NCBI GenBank assembly: GCA_023248995.1
Contig: JAHFDN010000011.1
Location: 2,676-66,675, forward strand
Reading direction: 5' to 3'
Origin: Candidatus Rokuibacteriota bacterium
Lineage (GTDB): Bacteria > Methylomirabilota > Methylomirabilia > Rokubacteriales > CSP1-6
DNA: 64,000 nt
Made by a program: the position numbers and the translations under genes. Under the pieces are notes generated by a model that saw only the letters and a program-made list of their open reading frames with translations, was not told the origin of the DNA and ran no database searches. Positions 54,323 through 64,000 of this stretch are shown one piece after another. Position 1 is the first letter of the stretch; each line of letters starts with the position of its first letter.

Positions 54323-55408
54323 TTGGGCTTTACCTGCGGTCTCGTCGGCCTCCCCAACGCGGGGAAATCCACGCTCTTCACCGCGCTCACGGGCGCCGCC
54401 ACGCTGATCGCGCCATACCCCTTCTCGACCCTCGATCCCCGCAAGGGGATCGTGCCGGTCCCGGACGACCGCCTCGACCGGCTCGCGGCCGCGCTCCGGC
54501 CGGCCAAGGTCACGCCCGCCCACCTCGAGATCATGGACATCGCCGGTCTCGTCGAGGGCGCGAGCCGCGGGGAAGGGCTCGGCAACCAGTTCCTCTCCCA
54601 CATCCGGGCCGTTCTGGCCCTGGCGCACGTCGTGGCCTGCTTCCGCTCGGCCGACGTTCCCCACGCGGGCGACGAGCCGGACCCCGCGCGCGACGTCGCG
54701 ATCGTCAACACGGAGCTCCTCCTGGCCGATCTCGAAGTCGTCGAGCGCCGCCTCGACAAGGTCAGGCGCGCCGGGCGGGCTGAGCCCAGGGCCGCCCGGG
54801 CCGAACTGGCCTTCCTCGAGCGCTGCCGGGACGCCCTCGGGGGCGGCACGCCGCTCCGCTCCCTCGCCTTCGACGCCGGGGAAAGCGCCCTGATCCGGGA
54901 GCTCGGGCTCCTGACGGCGAAGCCCGCCTGCTACGTCGCCAACGTGGACCGCGCGGATCCCCAGAGCCTCGCCCTCGCCGCCCGCCTCGAGGCCGCCGTC
55001 GAAGGCGCCCCTGTGGTGCCGGTGGACGGAAAGCTCGAAGGCGAGCTCACCCAGCTCCCCCCCGAGGAGCAGCGCCAGTTCCTGGCCGAGTGGGGCCTCG
55101 CCGAATCGGCGCTTGTCCGGCTGATCCGGGTGGGCTACCGGCTCCTCGGCCTCATCACGTTCTACACCGTGGTCGGCGAAGAGCTCCGGGCCTGGAGCCT
55201 CAGGGACGGGGCGACGGCCCTCGAGGCCGCGGGCCAGATCCATAGCGACATGGCCCGCGGGTTCGTCCGCGCCGAGGTCGTCGGCGTGGAGGCGTTCCTG
55301 GCGACCCCCGTCTGGACGACGCTCCGCGAGCGGGGGGGCGTGAGGCTCGAGGGGCGCGAGTACCGGGTGCGCGACGGCGACATCCTGACCATCCGTTTCG
55401 CGCTCTAG
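54323..55408 (+). CDS. ychF: redox-regulated ATPase YchF
   Basis: GLVGLPNAGKST, DIAGLVEGAS, and a C-terminal TGS-like REYRVRDGDILTIRF. TTG start. Confidence 0.9.
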   Translation: MGFTCGLVGLPNAGKSTLFTALTGAATLIAPYPFSTLDPRKGIVPVPDDRLDRLAAALRPAKVTPAHLEIMDIAGLVEGASRGEGLGNQFLSHIRAVLALAHVVACFRSADVPHAGDEPDPARDVAIVNTELLLADLEVVERRLDKVRRAGRAEPRAARAELAFLERCRDALGGGTPLRSLAFDAGESALIRELGLLTAKPACYVANVDRADPQSLALAARLEAAVEGAPVVPVDGKLEGELTQLPPEEQRQFLAEWGLAESALVRLIRVGYRLLGLITFYTVVGEELRAWSLRDGATALEAAGQIHSDMARGFVRAEVVGVEAFLATPVWTTLRERGGVRLEGREYRVRDGDILTIRFAL

Positions 55409-55421
55409 CGCGGGGGACCTT

Positions 55422-55450
55422 TTGACAGGGTGGGGGGGGCGTGGTATATA
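55422..55450 (+). promoter_or_regulatory. sigma-70 promoter of the rpsU-mutS2-dnaG-rpoD operon
   Basis: TTGACA-N17-TATATA. Confidence 0.6.
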
Positions 55451-55504
55451 GTTTCCGTTTATGCACCGGTGGCGGGCCGCGAGCCGGAAGGGGGGAATCG
55501 GTGC

Positions 55505-55636
55505 GTGACCACGGTCATCCTAGAGGCCGAGGAGTCCTTCGAGAGCGCGCTCAAGCGCTTCAAGAAGCTCTCCGAGAAGCGGAAAGCTCTGGCAGCCCGG
55601 AAAAAGGCGCAGCGGCGCGAGCGATTTTTTGATTAG
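55505..55636 (+). CDS. rpsU: short 30S ribosomal protein S21-like protein (43 aa)
   Basis: GTG at 55505 lies downstream of the promoter. VILEAEESFESALKRFKKLSEKRKAL...RRERFFD matches the S21 N-terminal pattern (E..E.AL+RFK+). It lacks the usual KPS...basic tail. Sits at the classical rpsU position before dnaG-rpoD. Confidence 0.5.
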   Translation: MTTVILEAEESFESALKRFKKLSEKRKALAARKKAQRRERFFD

Positions 55637-55639
55637 GGC

Positions 55640-57835
55640 ATGGACCTAGGCCGTCTCTGGGGCCGGGGCGTCGAGTGGGACCTGGTGCGGGCGCTCCTGG
55701 CCCGCGAGGCCGAGACGCCGATGGGACAGGAACGGGCCCTCACCCTCGAGCCCCGGACCGATCCGGACGCCGTGAGGCTCGAGCTCGCCCTAACCCGCGA
55801 GGGACGTCAGTCCCTGGCCCAGACCGGGGCCCCCCCGTGGGGGTCGATCCCCGACGTCAGGCTGAGCCTGGACCGGGCCCGCACCGACGGGGTGCTCCTA
55901 GAAGGCGCCGAACTCGTCGCCCTGGTTCCCTTGATCGAGGCCGGCAGCCGCCTCCGGGCCTACGGCCTGAGCGTGCCGACCGTCGCCCCTACCCTCGCGG
56001 CCCGGTTCGCCCGCCTCCCGAGCCTCACCCCGCTCCACGCCCTCCTGACCCGCTCCCTCACCCCCGACGGGACGCTCACCGACGAGGCGAGCCCCCGCCT
56101 CCGCCAGATCCGGCGAGCGCTCCGGGAGCAGCGCGAGCAGATCGTCAAGGCGCTCGAGGCGCTCTTCTCGGCCCCGGGCGCCGAGGCCACGTTTCAGGAG
56201 CGCTACGTCACGATCCGCCACGGCCGCTACGTCGTTCCCGTCCGGGCCGAGGCGCGGCCGCGCCTGCGCGGCATCGTCCACGACCGCTCTCAGAGCGGCG
56301 CCACGCTCTTCGTCGAGCCGGAGAGGGTCGTCGAGCTCAACAACGACCTCGTCCAGACCGCCCGGGAGGAGGAGGCCGAGTGCGCCCGGATCCTCCTGGC
56401 CCTGACCGACGAGGTCCGCCGCTCCCTCCCCGAGCTCGAGGCGCTGGTGGAAGGGATCGGCGAACTCGACCTGGTCTTCGCGCGGGCCCTACTGGCCGAG
56501 CGGATGACGGCCACCGAGCCCCAGATAGATGAAGGCCGCACCGTCCTACTGCGCGGGGCGCGGCACCCGCTCCTCCTGGCCCAGAGCTGGCAGGAGCCCG
56601 CGCGTCCGGTCGTGCCCATGGACCTCTCCCTCGACGGCGAGCGCCCGCTCTTGGTCGTCACCGGCCCCAACGCGGGAGGCAAGACCGTCGCGCTCAAGAG
56701 CTTGGGCCTCCTGGCCTCAATGGCCCAGGCGGGCTGCCATCTGCCCGTCACGGACGGGAGCCGGCTCCCCGTGTTCTCCCGCCTCTTCGCCGTGATCGGG
56801 GACGACCAGAGCGTGGCGGAGAACCTCTCGACGTTCTCGGCCTTCGTCAAGCAGATGAAGGAGATCCTGGAAGAGGTGGACGACCGCTCGCTCGTGCTCC
56901 TGGACGAGCTCGGGGCCGGCACCGATCCCGACGAGGGGGCAGCTCTGGCCCGGGCGATTCTCGAAGACCTCGACGCTCAGGGCGCCCTCGTCATGGCCAC
57001 GACCCACCTCGAGCCGCTCAAAGCCTTCGCCAGCACCCACCCCCGCGCCCGCAACGCCTCGGTCGAGTTCGACCAGGACCGCCTCAGGCCGACCTTCCGC
57101 CTCCTCTACGATCGCCCCGGGCAGAGCTACGCCCTCACGATCGCGGCGCGCCTGGGCCTCCCCGAGCGCCTGATCGAGACGGCGCACACCCACCGCTCGA
57201 CCCAGGGCCGTCATCTCCAGGAACTGCTCGCCCGCCTGGACGCCGACGCTCGCCAGAGCAAAGAGCGCGCCGCGGAGGCGGAGAAGCAGGAGCTCCACGC
57301 CGCGACGCTCCTGACCCGGGCCCAGAAGGAGCTCGAGGCCGCCCAGGCCAAGGCCAAGGACATGCTCGCCCGGGCCAAGGCGGAGGCCCAGGCTCTCCTC
57401 GCCGACATCCGCCGGAAGGTGGCCGAGGAGTGGGAGCGCCTCAAGACGGAAGAGCGCTCGAAGCGGGCCCTCGAGGAGACGCAGAGGCGCCTCGCCCGGG
57501 TGACGCCGCCCGTCACGGCGCCCCAGCAGACGATGACCGTGGCCCCGTCGTGGCGGCAGCACGTCAAGGCTCCCGAGAAGGTCGGCGTCCCCGCGGAGCT
57601 GCTCCTCCTCGGCAAGACCACCGACGAGGGGCGCGACCTGGTCGAGAAGTATCTCGACGACGCCTTCCTGGCCGGCCGCCGCATCGTCCGCCTGGTGCAT
57701 GGGAAAGGAACGGGCGCCCTCAGAAAGGCGATCCACGAGCTCCTCGCCGTCCACCCGCTGGTGGAAAGCTTCAGGCCGGGCGCGCCCCACGAGGGCGGCG
57801 GCGGGGCCACCGTGGCCGAGCTCAAGGTGGACTGA
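55640..57835 (+). CDS. mutS2: endonuclease MutS2 (Smr domain)
   Basis: 731 aa. Walker A GPNAGGKT, DELGAGTDP, and a C-terminal Smr domain LVHGKGTGALRKAIHELL. Confidence 0.9.
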   Translation: MDLGRLWGRGVEWDLVRALLAREAETPMGQERALTLEPRTDPDAVRLELALTREGRQSLAQTGAPPWGSIPDVRLSLDRARTDGVLLEGAELVALVPLIEAGSRLRAYGLSVPTVAPTLAARFARLPSLTPLHALLTRSLTPDGTLTDEASPRLRQIRRALREQREQIVKALEALFSAPGAEATFQERYVTIRHGRYVVPVRAEARPRLRGIVHDRSQSGATLFVEPERVVELNNDLVQTAREEEAECARILLALTDEVRRSLPELEALVEGIGELDLVFARALLAERMTATEPQIDEGRTVLLRGARHPLLLAQSWQEPARPVVPMDLSLDGERPLLVVTGPNAGGKTVALKSLGLLASMAQAGCHLPVTDGSRLPVFSRLFAVIGDDQSVAENLSTFSAFVKQMKEILEEVDDRSLVLLDELGAGTDPDEGAALARAILEDLDAQGALVMATTHLEPLKAFASTHPRARNASVEFDQDRLRPTFRLLYDRPGQSYALTIAARLGLPERLIETAHTHRSTQGRHLQELLARLDADARQSKERAAEAEKQELHAATLLTRAQKELEAAQAKAKDMLARAKAEAQALLADIRRKVAEEWERLKTEERSKRALEETQRRLARVTPPVTAPQQTMTVAPSWRQHVKAPEKVGVPAELLLLGKTTDEGRDLVEKYLDDAFLAGRRIVRLVHGKGTGALRKAIHELLAVHPLVESFRPGAPHEGGGGATVAELKVD

Positions 57836-59674
57836 TGGCCGGCAGCTTCACGCCCCCGCTCCTCGATGAGATCCGCTCCCGGGTGGACCTCGTGGACCTG
57901 GTCGGCCAGTTCGTGAACGTGAAGCGGGCCGGCGAGAACTGGAAGGCCCTCTGCCCCTTCCACGCCGAGAAGACGCCGTCCTTCATGGTGAACCCGAAGA
58001 AAGGCATCTTTCACTGCTTCGGGTGCGGCGTCGGCGGCGATGCCTTCGGCTTCCTGATGCGCCAGGACCGCCTGTCGTTCCCCGAGGCGGTGCGCGTCCT
58101 CGCCGCGCGCGCCGGGGTCGCGCTCCCCGCCGAGCGGAAGAGCGAGGGCGACGGCCAGCGGGAGGCGCTCTTCAAGGCGATGGCGCTGGCCGCCGAGTTC
58201 TACCAGGACGCGCTCTGGCATCGCCCCGAGGGCGAAGGGGCGCGCCGCTACCTCGAGTCGCGCGGAATCGCCCCCGAGGTCGCCCGGCGCTTCGGCCTCG
58301 GCTACGCCCCGGAGGGGTGGGACCACCTCCTCGCCTTCATGAAGGGGCACGCCATCTCGGAGGAGCAGCTGGTCCAGGTGGGCCTGATCCTCCCGCGCCA
58401 GACGGGCTCGGGCTTCTACGACCGCTTCCGCGGCCGCCTCCTCTTCCCGATCCGGGACGTCCAGGGGCGCGTCGTCGCCTTCGGCGGGCGCGCCATGGGA
58501 ACGGAGGAGCCCAAGTACCTGAACTCCCCCGAGACCCCGCTCTACAGCAAGGGGCAGACGCTCTACGCCCTCGACCTGGCGAAGCCCCGGATTCGCGAGA
58601 CGAACCGGGCACTCCTCGTCGAGGGCTACGTGGACTGCCTCATGGCCCACCAGCACGGCTTCACCGAGACCGTCGCCGCGCTCGGCACCGCGTTCACCGC
58701 CTCCCAGCTCGCGCTCGTCCGCCGCCACGCGGACGAGGTCACCACGTTCTTCGACGCCGACGCGGCGGGGCAGAGGGCGGCGCAGCGGGCCGAGGAACTC
58801 CTCGAGCCCGCCGCCGAGGGGCTCGCCTGGGCCGTGAACCGGAGCGGGAGCTTCCGGGACGCCGACAGCCTCCGCTTGAAGGTCGCGCTCCTGCCGGCGG
58901 GCCACGATCCCGACAGCTTCCTCCGCGCCGAGGGTGCCCAGGCCTTCGCCGAGCGGATCGCCGGCGCCAGGAGCCTCCTCGCCTACGCCGTGGACACGGC
59001 GCTGGCCGAGCCGAACGCGGCCTCCGCGCGCGGCAAGGCGACGGTCTTCGCGCGCGTGGCGCTCATCCTCGCCAAGACCACGGACGCCCAGGAGGCCACC
59101 GACCTGGCGCGCGAGGCCGCGCGGCGCCTGGGCGTGGACCCGACCCAGCTCTGGATCGAGGCCCAGCGCCTCCAGGGCTCGCTCCGCAAGGCGGGCGCCG
59201 CGGCGGCCTCCGCCCCGGTCTCCCCGGGCCTCCCCGCCGCCGAGCGGGATCTCCTGGCATTCCTCGTCCACCAGGCGGAGGCCCGCGCCGCGCTCCTGCC
59301 CGTCCTCGAGGAAGAGGATGTGTCCCACCCCGGACTCCGGAGCATCCTGACGGCGCTCAAGGCGGCGCGAGCCGAGTCGCCCGAGACGCTGATGTCAGAG
59401 CTCCCCGGCGAAGGCGAACGGGGGCTCCTGGCCGCACTCCTCGTGGAGGAGCACTCCTGGCCGGAGCCCGCCGCGCTGATCGCCGAGTACAGCAAGCGCT
59501 CCGAGATGCGGCGGCGCACCCGGCAGATCAGGCAGGTCACGCAGGACATCACCCAGGCCCAGGCAACCGGCGATCCGGCGCTGCCGCGCCTCCAGGGGCA
59601 GCTCGAGGATCTCCAGCGCCAGGCCCAGGAGCTCCGAGAGCTCGCCACGACCCATTTGAGGAGGGGCATGCGGG

Positions 59675-59682
<8 letters not shown>
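57835..59682 (+). CDS. dnaG: DNA primase
   Basis: Internal ATG at 57835, overlapping the mutS2 TGA as TGATG. Zinc ribbon [26 protein letters not shown], and [15 protein letters not shown] / DADAAG. Confidence 0.9.
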
Positions 59683-61465
<1,783 letters not shown>

Positions 61466-61481
61466 TGGTATGATGGCGCCT

Positions 61482-61557
61482 GGGCCCATAGCTCAATTGG
61501 TAGAGCCGCCGGCTCATAACCGGTAAGGTCCTGGTTCGAGTCCGGGTGGGCCCACCA
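61482..61557 (+). tRNA. tRNA with CAT anticodon (elongator Met, or Ile2 if lysidine-modified), CCA encoded
   Basis: Manual cloverleaf: acceptor GGGCCCA/TGGGCCC, D-arm GCTC-AATTGGTA-GAGC, anticodon loop CTCATAA, T-arm CCTGG-TTCGAGT-CCGGG. G1-C72 is paired and the anticodon stem has no GGG/CCC, so it is not an initiator. Confidence 0.85.
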
Positions 61558-61573
61558 TGTTGACGGAGGAGGC

Positions 61574-62302
61574 GTGGACCAGCAGCTCGAGACGTTGATC
61601 GACCTCCAGACGCTGGACAGCAGGATCGCCGGCCTAGAGGGGGAGCTCGCCCGGCTCCCGGGCCAGATCGAGGCGATCCGGGCGGCGGTGGCCGAGGCGC
61701 AGAAGAGCGTCGAGACGCTCAAGGGGAAGAGCGACGCGGCCAGGAAGGACATCCGCGCCAAGGAGAAGGACTTGGAGGTCTCGGCCGTCAAGCGGCAGAA
61801 GTCCGAGGGGCGCCTCTACGAGGTCAAGACCAACAAGGAGTACTCTCTGGTCCTGGGGGAGATCGAGGAGATCAAGCAGGAGAAGTCGAGGATCGAGGAA
61901 GAGATCCTCGCCCTCATGGAAACCCAGGAGCGGCTCGCCGGGGAGATCCGCCAGGCCGAGGCCGAGCTCAAGAGCCGCGAGGCCCAGGGCCAGCAGGAAG
62001 AGAGCGCGATCCGCCAGCGCCTGGCCGCCGTCGAGGCCGAGGTGGAAGGCCTCCGGGGCGAGCGCGGCTCGCTCGCCCGCGAGCTCCCGAGGGACCTGCT
62101 CGCCGAGTACGAAAAGTTCCTCCGCCACCGGGGCGGCCTCGCCGTGGCCCAGGTGCTGTCGGTGGAAGGCGCCGCGATCTGCTCCGGTTGCCGGATGACG
62201 CTCACCCCCCAGCGTCTTCAGGAGGTCAAGCAGCAGTCCGCCCTCCTGACGTGCGAGAGCTGTGGCCGGTTCCTCTACTGGCTCCCCGACCCTCACCAGT
62301 GA
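61574..62302 (+). CDS. COG1579-type coiled-coil / C4 zinc-ribbon protein
   Basis: 242 aa. Long coiled coil followed by CSGCRMTL...CESCGRFLY. Confidence 0.7.
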   Translation: MDQQLETLIDLQTLDSRIAGLEGELARLPGQIEAIRAAVAEAQKSVETLKGKSDAARKDIRAKEKDLEVSAVKRQKSEGRLYEVKTNKEYSLVLGEIEEIKQEKSRIEEEILALMETQERLAGEIRQAEAELKSREAQGQQEESAIRQRLAAVEAEVEGLRGERGSLARELPRDLLAEYEKFLRHRGGLAVAQVLSVEGAAICSGCRMTLTPQRLQEVKQQSALLTCESCGRFLYWLPDPHQ

Positions 62303-62364
62303 AAGTGGTTCGGGTGCCCGGTAAGGTCGCTCGCTTTCGCGAGCGCGGCACCTGAAGCCAACCG

Positions 62365-62778
62365 GTGACTCGCTACTCCACCCTCATCCTTCATATTGAC
62401 GGCTCCGTCGAGGGCAACCCCGGCCCCGGGGCTATCGGCGTCGTCGTGGAAGACACCCACGGCACGCCCGTGGAGGCGTGGGGCGAGGCGATCGGCCACG
62501 TGACGAACAACCAGGCCGAGTACCAGGCCCTCCTCGCCGGCCTCAGGAAGGCGCGGCGGCTCGGCGCCAAACACGTGAGCGTGCGCTCCGACTCCCAGCT
62601 CCTCGTCCGCCAGTTCCTCGGCGAGTACAAGGTCAGGGACGCGAAGCTCAAACCTCTCCACGAGGAGGCCCGGCGCCTGGCGCGCGCCTTCCAGACGTTC
62701 GCCATCGAGCACATCCCCCGCGAGCTGAACCGCGCCGCCGACCGCCTCGCCAACCGCGCCCGCCTCGCCCACTCATAA
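62365..62778 (+). CDS. ribonuclease HI family protein
   Basis: 137 aa. DEDD residues in the contexts HIDGS, NNQAEYQAL, VRSDSQLL and NRAADRLAN. Confidence 0.8.
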   Translation: MTRYSTLILHIDGSVEGNPGPGAIGVVVEDTHGTPVEAWGEAIGHVTNNQAEYQALLAGLRKARRLGAKHVSVRSDSQLLVRQFLGEYKVRDAKLKPLHEEARRLARAFQTFAIEHIPRELNRAADRLANRARLAHS

Positions 62779-62867
62779 TCCCCTCACCTCTTCTCCTCGC
62801 CCCGCTGGGGAGAGGCGGGGTGAGGGGGCATGGTATACTCCCTCTGCTAGTACGCTCTTTAAAGATG

Positions 62868-63241
62868 GCGCCAGAGAAGGCCGGATGGTCGCCGGCCGCG
62901 GCAACGCGGCGGGAGGAAAGTCCGGGCTCCGCAGGGCAGGGTGCTGGGTAACGCCCAGGGGGGGAAACCCCACGGACCAGTGCCACAGAAAGCAGACCGC
63001 CGTCGCGAGACGGTAAGGGTGAAACGGTGAGGTAAGAGCTCACCAGCAGTCCGGGTGACCGGGCTGGCTCGGTAAACCCCACCCGGAGCAAGGCCGAATA
63101 GGAGAGCGGGTCGCCCGCCCAATGCTCTCGGGTCAGGCCGCTTGAGGTGCCGGGCAACCGGCATCCTAGAGAAATGACCGTCGCCCTGGGACGGGAAACC
63201 GCTCAGGGTACAGGACCCGGCTTACAGGCCCTCTCTGGCGC
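62868..63241 (+). ncRNA. rnpB: RNase P RNA, bacterial type A
   Basis: GGAGGAAAGTCCGGGCTCC, GGGTAACGCCCAGGGGGGGAAACCCC, GGTAAGGGTGAAACGGTGAGGTAAGAGCTCACCAG, CCCGGAGCAAGGCC and ACAGGACCCGGCTTACAGG. P1 is formed by 62868..62882 and 63227..63241. A T-tract follows. Confidence 0.9.
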
Positions 63242-63389
63242 TTTTCTTTTTTTCCAGTACTTCCATCACGCCTATAAGCTGGGTCCCAGACGAACGGGGA
63301 AAAATTCTGTGCTGGCACCGGGTTGGAATCGCCAGGTTCTGTTCCGACAGGGAGTAGCTATAATCCGGCACTAAGCGACGTTCGCTGGT

Positions 63390-63572
63390 TCAAATCGCGA
63401 TCTTCAATTCCAGCCCCGCCAAAAATGCGAACTGGCGGAACTTGTCGGAAGGAACCATCCGTACGGTAGAATGGGTCGCTTCGAGGGCATCACGAATGCA
63501 ATCCGCCGCTTTGCTCTCAAGCGAGCGGGAGAATTTCTCCGGCGATTCAGGGGCCAAAATGACTGTGAGCAC
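63390..63572 (-). CDS. short hypothetical ORF, possibly a gene fragment
   Basis: 60-codon GTG ORF in a lower-GC stretch. No SD and no recognisable family. Confidence 0.15.
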   Translation of the reverse strand: MLTVILAPESPEKFSRSLESKAADCIRDALEATHSTVRMVPSDKFRQFAFLAGLELKIAI

Positions 63573-63641
63573 GTCTTCGGGTCCGAGGCCTGCAGGAGCG
63601 TACCGTATGTGTGAGCCCGAACCCGCGGCTAGAAGCCCGCT

Positions 63642-64000
63642 TCACTTCGAAGGGGTCCTGAGCCCGTAGTAGAAACGGCTCGGGACGAGAAGATCGCTGG
63701 ACCCGTACAGGGCAATTCGTCCCCATGGCGTCAGGCGGGTCCGCCCATCTAGCGCGAATCGAGCCCTGACCGTCCAAAAGTACTCCGTGGAGGGCTCCAG
63801 CGGCGTTTCAAGCGTATGCGATGGCGCCGGCAGTCCGCGCCGGGTGTAGATTGGCCCTGTGGGGAAGCCACGCTCGGCGCGGAAGACCCGCAGGTCGTAC
63901 GTGACATTGCGGATTCGGCCCAGCAGCCCCTGTGTGTCCGCTTCCCGGTCACCCTGCGTCGGGAACCCTTCCCACCGCAAGGTCGGCTGGCGCGAGTTAA
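63642..64000 (-). CDS. hypothetical protein, 5'-partial (continues past the window end)
   Basis: The frame is open from 64000 down to the stop at 63642 (...TYDLRVFRAERGFPTGPIYTRRGLPAPSHTLETPLEPSTEYFWTVRARFALDG...). Family not recognised. Confidence 0.35.
   Translation of the reverse strand, partial: NSRQPTLRWEGFPTQGDREADTQGLLGRIRNVTYDLRVFRAERGFPTGPIYTRRGLPAPSHTLETPLEPSTEYFWTVRARFALDGRTRLTPWGRIALYGSSDLLVPSRFYYGLRTPSK

Noticed and set aside
61482-61557. Initiator tRNA-fMet
   Set aside because: Position 1-72 is a normal G-C pair, and the anticodon stem lacks the three consecutive G-C pairs characteristic of bacterial initiators.
63380-63410. tRNA-like T-arm (GGTTCAAATC) after rnpB
   Set aside because: The flanking bases cannot form a T-stem, and no acceptor or anticodon arms can be drawn.

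Overview
This is a GC-rich bacterial chromosomal window, about two-thirds G+C by eye. It looks like a diderm with sigma-54, a LolB-like lipoprotein and MreBCD, but phylum cannot be assigned from the sequence alone. It is mostly core genome.

Gene content, left to right:
- ggt and an AIR-synthase-like gene.
- A sigma-54-driven module: a PilX-like protein flanked by two paralogous TM-TPR-prealbumin-fold proteins.
- DUF2889 coupled to copA.
- rng-rodA-mrdA-mreDCB on the minus strand.
- A decayed TRAP dctM remnant.
- A cold-shock module (csp, DEAD-box helicase, csp) in which both csp genes carry a conserved multi-hairpin leader.
- ComEA-like, HAD, HNH and PPOX/F420 genes, then an AhpD/CMD-family gene with an in-frame TGA at the CxxC position (candidate selenoprotein).
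- MFS transporter and alkA-like glycosylase, then a decayed APC-permease remnant.
- An unusual enhancer-binding protein (bEBP).
- rpsF-ssb-rpsR-rplI-dnaB, with rpsR apparently starting at ATT.
- niaR-like repressor, then groES-groEL behind a perfect CIRCE operator.
- 2-hydroxyacid dehydrogenase, then moxR-DUF58-transglutaminase.
- An MrfA/MrfB-like (YprA/YprB) helicase-exonuclease pair.
- VanZ and a divergent Nramp-like transporter.
- rlmD, a DciA-like gene, a TPR lipoprotein, lolB-like, ispE, tRNA-Gln, prs, ctc, pth and ychF.
- An rpsU-mutS2-dnaG-rpoD operon.
- tRNA(CAT), a COG1579 zinc-ribbon protein, RNase HI and rnpB.

Many very long ORFs in the supplied track are Arg/Pro/Gly-rich antisense or out-of-frame shadows typical of high-GC DNA and were not called. 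I saw no CRISPR array, rRNA gene, transposase or integrase.

The best candidates for something new are the sigma-54-controlled PilX-like module, a 16S-3'-end-like element paired with a Cys-rich micro-ORF, and the GAFTGA-degenerate bEBP. All functional calls rest on motif recognition by eye, and no searches were run.
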